Source of the DNA: Camelus dromedarius
Lineage: Eukaryota
DNA: 64,000 nt
Direction: 5' to 3'
NCBI RefSeq assembly: GCF_036321535.1
Contig: NC_087437.1
Location: 83,516,001-83,580,000, forward strand
Every line of letters starts with the position of its first letter. Position 1 is the stretch's first letter. The notes below the pieces were generated by a model. The model was not told the origin of the DNA. It saw only the letters and a list, made by a program, of their open reading frames with translations, and searched no databases. The position numbers and the translations under genes are program-made. Shown piece by piece: positions 1-19,717 of the stretch.

Positions 1-979
1 ACCAATATATCCAAAGCATCACATCATCTCCTTTATTTCCATTTTGGCTAGTGTGACCACTGCTTGATTTATTGTCAGAATTGCAAAGGCTAAGCCTCTA
101 AATGTAGACCCTTAAGTGATCTTAAGCAAGTCATTTAACTTCTGTGAATAAAATATTTCAGTAGCATCTTTTGCTAGGATAGCATGAAAAAGTTACACAA
201 TGTTACCACAAATAAAGAGATATCGATGCTTAAATTAAAATGAACCAATATTCCAAATAATCCAACGTATCAACAGAGAGATTAATAGAAGGTGTCTGAA
301 GGGATTCTAACACTAAGTTGACAATGGCAAATAAGCAATGAGGACAGCTTCTTCTCTATGGTTTTACCTGCCAGGATGTAAATACAAAAGCACATCCCAG
401 TCCAGTCATAGCTTTTCTGGGGTTCTTGCCCCTGTAACTGCGGATTGAGACTGGGATAGCAGCAATGATGGTTACACTCGGGTTTGCATTTAGAGGTTCC
501 TAGAGAGCTTCCTTAAAACCAGTGCAAGGCCAGAGGGTAACCAGTGTCAGGAATCCCTGACTTTGGAAACACACAACCCAGGATACTTCTTCAATGAGGG
601 AGGACTCACTGCCAAGATCCTCAGCATGGAAAGTCAACTAAGACAGAACAGAGAACAAAAACTGGGGAATCTCATTCACATGCATAATCTGTAACAAGAT
701 GATTTTATCTTGCAATTCTTATGTTCTATATTGTGTTTAGAAACACTAAGTATTTAAGTTTTAGAAACTTGTTTTCTTCATTTAATCTATCTCAAAACCT
801 CTAATGCCAACAAGAGTTCACAGAAAGCTGTCGGTAAGTAATACTGTTTATTTCCCACATTACAGAAGGGAATATATATTTTTAGATTAAGGCAGGTTGT
901 TTTTGCTCTGCTTAGCACATTTTTTGTGCTGTTCTTCAAAAATAGACAACTGAATCACTTATCGAAAGTATAACACTCA

Positions 980-1138
<159 letters not shown>

Positions 1139-1516
1139 TTAGCATGTTTATATTTTAGAATAGATGCATACTGATTTATTTAAGTGACACTAAGGGCTAC
1201 AACATGAATTAAGGACCACTGTCCATTATCTTCATTAATATATACTTAAAATACAGCACATTGGCTGATATTCACAAGGAATATGTGAGTCTTTATCATC
1301 ATAAAGGTAAAATATCTCAATAATATGCTTCAATATACTCAAGTATGATTACATTGTTCTGGTTACCCAAATATGAGGACAATTTCATAAACTGTCTTAT
1401 AACTGGTAATAACTTACAATTCTTGAGTTATCTTTCTAAGTTTATCTCTGTTTAGAATTTGATACAGACCGGCCTTATATTTCTTGAATTTTCTCTGTAA
1501 GAAATAAAAACTTGGT

Positions 1517-1677
1517 GGGGAGGGTAGAGCTCAGTGGTAGAGTGAGTGCTTAGCATGCTGAGGCGCTGGGTTCAATCCCTCGTACTTCCATTAAAAATAA
1601 AAATAATAAAGTAAGTAAGTAAAACTACACACCTACCCCTAAAACAATTTTTTTAATTAAAAATAAATTTAAAAAAA
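1517..1677 (+). mobile_element. tRNA-derived SINE, camelid Vic-1-like, with target-site duplication
   Basis: GGGGAGGGTAGAGCTCAGTGGTAGAG (A box), GGGTTCAATCCC (B box) and an A-rich tail. Flanked by aagaaataaaaact (1499-1512) and aagagataaaaact (1676-1689). Family name from recall. Confidence 0.85.
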
Positions 1678-2539
1678 GAGATAAAAACTCTGAGCTTTCA
1701 GGGAATAATGATAAATTATCTACTGATTTGAGAAAACATACTGTTTATTATAACACTGCTTGTATATCGTTACTAATTACTGAGAAGAATTAGACATGCA
1801 AATCACTGAATTTAAATACAAAACTTTCTAAAAGTTAGAAATGATTGAAAAAATTTTGGTATTTTTATTGGCTATTTGATTCAAATGGGGAAGGAGGGAA
1901 GATAGTAGGAAACAGTTCTAACATTTCATTTGCTTCAAATTTGGATTGGTACAAGTATTTCCCTTCTCCCATTTTGATGTCCTTTCCTTCCCAAGCGCAA
2001 GTTGCCCTTAGCACAGGGAAGTGACAACAGCACTAATCTCTCCACACTCTGTCACCTGGTCCTATTTATGGCTAACGGCGTAATTTGTGTGCAACTGGCA
2101 AATAAGACCTCAAGCTTAGACACACTGAACCAGCAAGTTATCGCTTCTTTATTAAAAAAAAAACAAACTGAGAATATAATAGACACTGAAAAAAATATTT
2201 AGTACCACTCTGTTTTCTACATATTAAATTTTCACAGAGTGCTGTACTGGAAATGATGAAGCATTATTTGGGTTTAACATATGCCACATATGCTGAACAC
2301 ATTCAAATTAAGTTGGAAGCAATAATTCTTTGGTGAGTAAGTCATAAGCCAACATCTAACAACTTGGAATTCGTGACTGTCTACAATAGTCATTCCATTC
2401 ATTCACTTCTACAACCTGTCAGACTGCAGCGGTGCAAGGGAGACTCAGCCTGTTGCAGCTGGAGTCCTCATTCAGCAGACAAGGAGACCAAGAGGAGAGT
2501 CATCAGGGAGTGTCACGCCTAGTTCTGCATCTATTAGGT

Positions 2540-2695
2540 CACTGGTCCGAAACTTTGGCTGCATGTTAGAGTCACCTGGGGAGCTTTGAAACATTTTGAC
2601 CACACTCAGACCAAAGCAGTATCTCCCAAGTGGAACCCAGGCATAAGTATTTTTTTCAAAACTCACATATGTATGATTCCAACATATAGCCAAGG
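2540..2695. mobile_element. MER5-like hAT-Charlie DNA transposon remnant
   Basis: aactttggctgcatgttagagtcacctggggagcttt...tgattccaacatatagccaagg resembles the MER5A consensus as recalled; boundaries approximate. Confidence 0.55.
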
Positions 2696-3494
2696 TATAT
2701 TAGGTACACTCAGACACTAAGGTTTTAAAAACTCCACCTATGTGATTGAGAGAATGGTAGTCAATTCCACAAAGCAGGAAGCCCAGAAATGGGGAGACTG
2801 GAGGAGCTGTGCCTTATTTTGGAGGGAAGGACGATGGATGACTCCCTGTCTCCCTACAGGCCTCTGGAAAGTGCTGTAACCTAGTTAAACCGAGGCCAGT
2901 TGGCATCTTTGATCACTACACTGGTTTTCTTCCTCTTTTTTACAGACATTTTGCAATTCCATTTCCTTTCCCAAAATGTGCTTAATCCCGGCACCACTCT
3001 CACCCCAGTATTCATTGCCTCTGCTGTTTCTTCAGATACTCACACGTGCAAACTGACATCTGCCTGATAGCAGCTGCCTCCACCTCCTTCTGATTATCCT
3101 TGATGTCTGTTCCGAGCATCACTCCCAAACGCCTGCCAGGTATCTCCACTTAAATGTCCAGCTATCACCTCAAACCACCCCAGCATCCCCCCAGTGCCTC
3201 CCACCCCACCTCACCCCCACCAAACCTACCATCTTTCCACCCTGCCAGAAGGTGCTCATTGGGTTTGATGGGTTGGCGGCACAGACCTCCATCTTTGCCT
3301 GTTGAGCCCACTCCTCCATCAAGCTGGGCCCCCAACTACCACAGTGCACGGTCACTTCCCACCACCCCAGTACACGTTAGCTAGGTGTTATTAGCATGCA
3401 TTCAGGTAATCCTCTTTTATTTTAATAGTTCAAAATAGTTAAAGAGTAATACTCAAACGTTTTAGCCTGCTCCTAAAGTCTGTCCAAGACTTAC

Positions 3495-3530
3495 CTTTAA
3501 GTTCATAGGCATTTCCACTTTCAGTCCACC
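3495..3530 (-). CDS. CRYBG3: CRYBG3 coding exon 10 (36 nt, linker)
   Basis: tcctcttaag|GGT; GGLKVEMPMNLK; AAG|GTAAGT; phase 0-0. Confidence 0.88.
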
Positions 3531-4681
3531 CTTAAGAGGACAAGAAATTTTAATATTAGGTATATACATTTTAAAATATTTGAAAGTAACAAAGTGGTGC
3601 ATGTAGGTTACATAAAAATCTGATTAGTGAAGAGTACATACTAATCAAATTTAAGTTGTGGTATTTAAAAAAATTTTTAATTTAAAAACTTAAGTACAGA
3701 ACTCCACAGTTGTCAAAATCAAGTCAGACTTCAACACGTCAGTGTAGATGGGGTGAAAAATCTTAAAAAGGTACTTTCTAGATTACAACCACTACAAGGA
3801 AGGGAACAGCTTTAGTCCTTAAGTACAGGCAACCAGTTAAAGATTTAATCCCACTGCAGAGTGTCTCAGAAAGAAAAGTGAAGTTGCTAGTAGATTTAAA
3901 ATTTTATTTTGCAGAGAAGATTTCTAAACCTCTTAAGACTAAATTTCTTCTCTACAACTGCTTGGGAATTCTGCATTAGAGAGAGCACTTCCTCACCCAC
4001 GCTGCATCAGCACTTCATATTACACTCAGTGTCTTTGCGACCACAACAGTGTAGAGCGTAAAAGGTAACCCCGCTCACAAAAGCTCTTAATTCTATAATT
4101 TCCTTGTTTCTGATGCTATTCCATATGGTGATATTTCAAAAAATTTCTCAGTTTTTCATGGTTTTTATTTTTTTTAAGGTACAGCACAACCAAAACTGGT
4201 TTGTCATATAGCTGACATTTAATTGAACAGCTTGTCTTTCATATAAAAATGTTTGCAACAAAATAAGTAATTAATGCAGGCATTTACTATCTTTTAGAAA
4301 GCAACCAGTGACAGTTCTGCCCATTTATTATTAATGCTGAACTTATTATTCATTACTGCAATAGAAGAGTATAACTTACAACAAGCAGTTTTCTAATAAG
4401 CATCAAAAAACAAATTCAGAACTTTTTTAAATAGGCAAAACTTCCACAGAATGTTATTAAAGGAAACTGCATGTTAATAATAACTGTGATAAATGCAGCA
4501 CAAAGTAAATTCAGACATTTGTCTTCTAGAAAACATTAACATTTTCACACAGACATTCTCTGTAATATAAAGAAACAGAAAGAAAACGTATGAATAATTT
4601 GCCAATTCGGTAGCATACATATTCATATCTCAAGACTGAGGTGCATGAGCAATTATCAGAACTATCTTAATATTGGAATCA

Positions 4682-4858
<177 letters not shown>

Positions 4859-5949
4859 TTAAAGTATACTTGGAATGCTTTAGTCTGGTACTTCAACAGT
4901 TAAAAGTAAAAAAGAAAAAGAAAAAGAAAGAAAGAAACCTCTGTCACAGAATTTAGGAAAACACTCTCAAGGTCACTTTGCCAGACAGTATATAACTATG
5001 AGTTAACATGTTAAGTACTTAACATTCAAACACTATTCTAAGTCTAGTATATGTTTTCCAAGCATTGCTATTACTTTCCCTAGACTTTTCCAGTATTTAA
5101 AAGGTGTGACACCTTTAATTCAATCAGGGTATAACTGAAAAATCAAAACCATTCCACTACATTCCGTTCTTCCTTCAACTGGGGCAATCAGAGCAGGCAT
5201 TTTACATCTTTGACCACATACTTAGAATCAGTATCAGTTCCTGGGCTGCCTCAGGAACAGTATTTGAGGAAAGGCTCCTAACAGACCCATCCAGCATCCA
5301 GCTACACTTGATACTTACAGACATTTCTCCTGGATAGGGTCAATAACTGGGTCTGCCCAAGAGTTCTAACAGTGACCCCCAAGTTTGGCACCAACCATCG
5401 TCAGAGTAGATGAAGACAGCGAGAGAGGGACAAGAGGGGTCCCTGCTGAGCCAGGCATCACAGAATTTGTGACTCCAGTCAGTCTGGGACTGAGTTAAGA
5501 CTGAATTCAGACCCACAGTTCTGAAGCTACCTTTGGAATCAGAAAGGCCTAGTATCAAATACATGCCCACTGGCTGGTAGCTTCAAGCCAGCCATCCAAT
5601 TTCTTGGTGTATGACATGCAAGTAGCTCCAACAGCCTTGCAGGAATAGAGGAGTAATAAAAACGTGCCACAAGGACCCTCAATAACTATTAGCACTGAGA
5701 TACCCTACAAATAGCTCAGGCTCCAGAATTTGCGGCCTGGGACATGTTTTTATTTCTCAATCCCACAATTTGGTGGTGAAAAGGCAATGGATGCACCCAT
5801 CAAGAACTATCTCTGAGAATCTGTATTTGCTCCAGTGAGTCATATATCAAGCGCTTAACTGGATTTGAAAACAGACAGAATCTATTTTAATGCTTGCAAA
5901 AGTCTTTCTTGGGTATTCAGAAGCATATATGGTAAAATTAACTAAACTA

Positions 5950-6225
<276 letters not shown>

Positions 6226-9200
6226 TTACAATTATTCTCATTGTTCAGTTGGATTTCTACCCAAAAACATAATGGAAATACTTTCCCTCCTTACTGGTTT
6301 GTTAAAATAATTTTTTTTCTAAGGAGTTACATGGATAACATGAAAACTGATTGAAAGATTACTGATTGAAACAGTATTAGCCCAATTCTTTCTGCTTTGT
6401 TTTTAAAAGTCTTGCTCCATTAAGCAGTTTTCAGAATCACCAAACTATGTGAGGGCCAAAAGTCTATAAGCCTTCCTTCTCAGAAGCATAACAAAGCCAT
6501 GGGGAGGAAGGGAGTTAAATAAAAGCTGATCTCACGGGGAACATAAAAAATAAATAACAGAGAGGCACTCCTCCCCTAGCGTGTTATCTAATTTACATCG
6601 ACAAAGGAAGCAGGAATTAGAGGTGAGGGTAAAGGAAATCTCCTTTCCTACTTGCGGTACTCTACTTACTTCCTTCAGCACACGGTGGTCTGAAGAAGAA
6701 AGGCATTATGAAAGTTGACCCTACTCTCCATCACACGTGCACTGTCGCCATGTCCTGTCAAACCGCCCTTTAAAATTTCCACTGTCAAGGTCCTTCATCA
6801 AGGCGATGACTTTGATTGCATCACCAGGCAGGTACTAGCTTCCTCTATACGGCTGGGCTTATGTGAACACCGCTTTCCTCGTGATACTCCTTGGCTTAAG
6901 ACTCAAGCACCTAAGCATTTCAAGTTTATATTTCTGTTTTCCTCTCTACAGTGTGGCACCAACCTAGTGACCTATACTAACTCCCCAGAACTGTTCAGTC
7001 ATACTGGTATCCGTGCTGTCTCCACTTCCCCTTTTAGCCTTTCTGAATGCTGTAAATGTTTCCCTCATTGCAACTAAAGACATGATTTTCTGTATTCTTA
7101 CCTAAGAAAATCTTTATTAGTCAGGTCCTAATTCAAAAAAGACTTCATCTTTTCTTAAAGAATCAAAACAAAACTGTTTTTACCTTCTCTGAAATGACAG
7201 ATGTGCTTTGTCTGAACACACAATCTATCTCAGTAGTCATGAGTGTTTAACTATACAATTCAAGGTTCAGTAACACAATTGTCATCTAGGATGTTGTGAA
7301 ATTTAAATAATTACGCTCTAATAACGTAGGTAAATGCAGTAACAATCGGGTGAAATTTATTAGGTTGAACATTTATATTTTTTATTATAATCTGTTTTGT
7401 AATTTAAAAACTGCAATTTTCTGATTTTTAAATCTTTCTCCAAACTGAGTTTTTACTAATCATTATTATTAATATGTAAAAGCAAGCAAATTGATACTGC
7501 TTATTTTCAGAAAGTTAGTTCTAAAATGCAATACGGTAAAAAGGTATAACCTAAAATATCCTTTAAAGTTTAAGAAGTATATTTCCTTCTAAAGTTTCAT
7601 TTAAAAAATAGCCAGCAATGTCTAAAACAGTCACCTGTCAATCGTTAAGGCTCTTTTGTTTGCTATTAAAAATAGAGTTCTAGTAACATTATTTAAAATG
7701 CTGCCAATGTTAATGTTTCCACAGGGATCTGAGGTACAGAAACAGAATACATAACTAAGTGTCTCACACAAATAAGTTTCCTCTGCATTGTGTTATACAA
7801 ACAATGTTTGGGTGGTGTACTTTAAAAGGGAAAAAGCTAAGAGGCAATCCAGACTAACACAACACAGAAGGAAACAGCATAATGGAAAAAGCATAATGGA
7901 AACTGCTAAAAAACTGAAAATAAACAAAAATAAGATCATTTATGTTCTCAACTATCTTTACTAGAAAACCAATTATTTTCTCTAGTTGACTGAAAAAAAT
8001 TTCACTGATAATTCTATTTTCTCCACAGTGGCTAGTCACAGAAATAATGTCTTTTGCAAGATTTGTATAATTCTTGATGGACAGAGGCAGTAAACATTAG
8101 CAACTGAAGGGCGCCTTCTAGTAACCTAGCAACAATAAGCAGTTTATTCTTAGTAAAGAAAAGTTTATATGTCTTCCTCCCAGGCTTTTCCTGTCACAAT
8201 ATACTTTGTAAATATAGCTCAGTGAAATCTACAAGCTTAGACTATTAGAGCAATCAGGAGGAATGGAGACCAAGCTGAAAGAGAGAAACTGGGTAGGAAT
8301 GAATCACAAACCCAGTAACAAAAACTGCTTGCCTCCACCTTGTATGAAATACATTCAGCCCCTGATCTAACAATGGATCTCTCTTCTCGGCTCACTAATG
8401 AGGAAACAACCTAAGTCACCTCTGAAGGAAGGAAATGTCATCCCTTTAAAAAAAAAAAATTAAATTCTTAATAAACAGAGTAATTTGCAGTATTCACCTT
8501 TTTGAGAAAAGAAAGCACTTGACTCAAGATTCACTGTAGCAGTGAATTATTTCCACTGGGGGCTAAGATGACCCTTGAGCAGAATCTACAATTTCTGATA
8601 ACTGACTATGTCGTTTGCTGCCTGCTGTATCTACTCACAGCAAAGCGAAGACATCACGAAAGCATTATCTTTAAAGAACATTAATGTTTTGACTACTCAG
8701 ATTAGAGCAACTAAAAGATGATGAAACAAGATAAAGCTAGCATAGGTAGGTCTAAGTGAATGTGGAATGGCCACCATGAAAATGAAGCTATCAATAGGCA
8801 GAATTTTGACAAGGCTGGAGAAAGGAAGCAGCTTGATGCCTCACTCTTGCTCTGTCAAATATTTAGAACAATATAATGCCTTTCCCATTCAATGCTGAAT
8901 AGTTTCATTTTCCTTCCTCACTAAAAGTTGCTAGCCTGTCCAAGAGGAGTGGGCACTAACACCGCAATTTAAAAAATGAGTCCAAGAACAAACAATGGAA
9001 GAAGGAAAAAAATGCATGCATGACTTATTCTTTCTTATAATATATTCTAAGCAAATGACGGATGTGCAAATACTCATTTATATACCCATGCTCAACAGAT
9101 TGAGTATTTTGTTTGATTTTATTATTGTTTGATTTTGGGTGGGGGTGTGTGGAGGTTGCCGTTTACAATAGCTTATTCATCTTTTTTTCCCTCACCAGCC

Positions 9201-10188
9201 TTGGCATGGTGCCTGACACTCACAAGGCAGGCACAAAACCACAAGTTATTTAAATCTTAGAAGATTCTACATATAAACTAATTATTTGTTTTAAGGCATT
9301 TCTCATGAGTGAGCTAATTAAGTGAGCATTCAAATGTTCTTGCTGAGCTGAACTGCTGGCAATTAAATTTTGCAGTGAAAAGGCACACTGCCCTCTATGC
9401 TGTAGCCATCAATCTCCTTACACTACCACCAAGACACCAACGCTCACTTCGGTATCTGACACAAGTGGCTTGCTGCCTAACTCCTATTTACTCTCTTAAG
9501 ATTCCAATCAGGTGCCACCTCCTCCAGGGGAGGTGCCTCTTCTTTGTGCACCTGCAGGTCCCTGCAGAGAACCTCTCACATCATACGGTCAGGTCATCTC
9601 CCATCTCTGTTCTAGACTTTGAGCAATCTCAAGTAGGAGACCGCACCTCGCCTGTAGTTCTATGCCCAGTGCCTACCACAATATTGGGTCCAGGTGCAGA
9701 CACAGACGTTTGTTAGCCACAGGTCTGTCTACAGTTTTGCAGAAAGTATTAATTCACATAAAATACATGCAGACGCCCCCTTATGATAATATTTTTCTGG
9801 ATGCTATCTGCAACTCTCAAGGGTTAATGACATTAACCCAAATCATGATAAGGTCCACTTCAATTTCTACTTTTTTTAGCATATAAATGGAATCTCCAGA
9901 GTTTGAAATATATGTATACATATCTGTGACTGTCATGGGAGCAACTGCACTAAGTCACGTAGTACATTGCTGTGGGAGGAGCTCCTAACAGTACATGGGA
10001 GAATGCTGTCCTTATCACTAATTCACCATGCCACTAAACCAGCAAGGCACTTCCCACAAAACCTCTTATTATATGGCAAGATTTTCCCCACATTAGTATT
10101 CAGTAATATTTTCTAAACAGAAAATAAAAAAGCAACACACTTTCCCTTCTGCTCATCATCCTTCCTTCTCTGATTTCCCTAACACCCA

Positions 10189-10232
10189 CCTCTCTCTCTC
10201 ACGCACGCACGCACGCACGCACACACGTACAC
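10189..10232. repeat. Compound microsatellite (CT)n(ACGC)5(AC)n
   Basis: cctctctctctcacgcacgcacgcacgcacgcacacacgtacac, seen directly; an (AT)~10 run follows at 10323-10343. Confidence 0.9.
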
Positions 10233-10475
10233 TGAGGAGTAAAATTCACTAGAAAAAGACATATTTGGAAACATCCTTTCCTAAAGATGTCTGGATGGTA
10301 TACTCCTACTACTATTTAAAAAATATATATATATATATATATATTACAATATGTAACATTTTACAGGTCAGATTACATGTAATATTTTAAATTTTCATTC
10401 ACTTAGTGCTTTATACATATCTGGTAAAAAATATTAATATGATAATGAAGATTAATAAAATTAGCACAAATATTA

Positions 10476-10745
<270 letters not shown>

Positions 10746-11702
10746 TTATAATTAATTTTCTAAGAAATGAGGCATAAAGCAAATGATACTGATAAGTTAC
10801 AGACCATCTTCTCTACTTGAATTTTTTCAATCTGGGCTATTTTCCACTACTCCATATAGCCCTATTTTGAAACAATGATATATGCTAATGTAAGTATAGG
10901 CAAATAGCATTAGCAAGAATGAAAGTGCACACAACTTGGAAGGGACAATTCCTGAACACAGCACCACAATGTATGCTGTGCCTATATTCATGTATACATA
11001 CACTTTACAGATGCTGGATACACAAAAGTATCCATTTATATTAAAAACAACAGCTTAACAATTCCAAATTCCACTTCCACTCAAATTTTCCTGTTGCTGG
11101 ATAACAGAGCCCACGTGTCTCATTTTATTACACGAAGACAGCACTACACCACACTGCTTACAACGTGCATACTGACCAGTGCGTAACCGAAACACTGGAC
11201 AGAGAAATTCTGGCCCCTGCACATCCATGGGACGTGGTCCATAATAACAAATGAGCTTTTCCATCATTTTTACACCATACAGAGAGTCCTTCACTTCTTG
11301 AGCGTGTCAGCTGTACAAATGACTTTAAGCATATGGCCTTCACATTCCTTAGCATCCCACAGATTTTGAACTCATTTCCAAAGCTATTCATTCAACTGAA
11401 GCCTCCGGCTCAACTTGCCAAATCTATCCTGCTAACAATGAGGTTACAAAATGGTATTGATTGTATCGTATATATTAGGTCTCACAACTTACTGCTGGCT
11501 TTAAGTACTAAGAACAACCTGTAGTTTTTGCTACAGAAAATACAGAGAACAAATAAGTTATAAAACACTAATAATGTTTTAAAAATTATTCTAGAAGGAA
11601 AGGAATGTGGTTTTAATTAAAAAATACAAAAAACAAAAAAACAAGAAGAAGAAAACACTTAATTTGAAGGGAAAATGCTATAAAATGTTAAGAGATCTCT
11701 TA

Positions 11703-11849
<147 letters not shown>

Positions 11850-12064
11850 TCATTTTAAGAACACATTTACAATTCTAAAACATCCTAGAATGTAGAGAAC
11901 AAAATCTAAATGTAAAAAAGCAAATATTACTTCAGATGCTAAATCCTTGAGTAAAATAATTATTTTCTATGTCAGTTAAAAGTATTTACTTTAAACTCCC
12001 CAAACCTAAAAGTAACCTTATTTTTCATATTTTATCTCATTCTACCTAAGAAATGTATGCTTAC

Positions 12065-12109
12065 CTTGCCAGGTCTTGGGTTACACTTCAGAGTTTGTTT
12101 GTCAACATT
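12065..12109 (-). CDS. CRYBG3: CRYBG3 coding exon 5 (45 nt, linker)
   Basis: tttcag|AAT; NVDKQTLKCNPRPGK; AAG|GTAAGC; phase 0-0. The PRPGK segment precedes the first crystallin motif. Confidence 0.92.
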
Positions 12110-13426
12110 CTGAAATAATAAAAGTGGAAGAAGTAAATCTGAAGAAACATCAATGGAAAGATACACAGTTCACTCTCTTAGCAGTCACAAATCCAACTTA
12201 TCGCATACTTACTTAGTGACCATTAGCTGCAAGGTGCACCTCTAGATAGTCTGAGGAATGTAAAGGTAGACATAAAGGAAAATAATGTTTTGACTCTGCC
12301 CTCAAGAAGCTTACAGACGATCACATTCCCACGACTCTTCTAGGTGAACAAAGCGCCAGGTTATGGAAATCAAGGGGAATGGCATGAGCGTGGAGGGGAG
12401 GTGATGGCACAAGGCCGTTCCCAAGGGGCTTATCTGAGGAACTGGTATGGAGAGGACTTTGAAAAACAGACTTTCAATAAGTGAAAAAACGTGGCAGGTT
12501 GGGGTGGGGGTAGCAGAGGAAAACATTCCAGGAAGACGACATCTTGAGAAAAAGTACTTATCTCTTATAGGGTGTGTACCCAGAGCACAGAGAGACAAGG
12601 TTGAACAAACAGAACTTGGCGACCTTGTAATCCAGAGCAAAGAGCTTGCCCTTGGCTTAGTAGGCAATAGGGAACCATTAAAGAAACACTTCTCCAAATT
12701 CCAACCTTTCATTTAAAACGACTCTGCCTCACAAGCTATTGGCTGGTATTCAATTATTATTCTGTTACAAAGGCTATTCAAAGTAAAGACACAGCCACTG
12801 GGAATCCTAGAGAACGTTCCATGATCTTGGGAATGTCAGAAAGGAATATCCCATGTTCGATGAATATTCTATATTAGACATTTAAATACTTCTAAGGCAA
12901 AGAAAGATGTAACTGAATTTCAAGACATTTTCCGGCTATGATGTTTTCCTCTCCTTTCCTCTGAATTCGTCTGTTCACTGCCCTGCTATGTAGGACCCAG
13001 GACATGAGCAATTACAGGGAGAGGTTGTTGTCAAGCAAACACTTAAAATATTTTAAGCATTTAAAATATTTTTAAATATTTTAAAATATTTCATGAGACA
13101 CACGCTCAGTGGAAAGTGACAATTTTCCCACATACAGTACCTCGAGAAATTCAGAATGCTGTCACTTAATTTAGCTTGAAAACTAAAAATTAGCAAAGAA
13201 CTGGGAAATAATTTGCTTCTCTCTTCTGCCTTTTAAATTCTGATGAAGCAATTCTGTTTTCTGAAATAAAACAGTTCAGCTAAAATAGCTGAATCTTGGT
13301 ACAGTTCCATCAAAGGACAAAGTTAACCTGTGGTGTTTTTTAAATCCTTTACACAACCTCAAAACACTTATTTTCTTAATAAGCTTTTAGCTCACTTCAT
13401 GACCCAAAGAACTACTTCACTGATCA

Positions 13427-19717
<6,291 letters not shown>

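Noticed and set aside
1517..1590. tRNA gene
   Set aside because: Has A/B boxes but an A-rich tail and TSD and no complete acceptor stem; it is a SINE.
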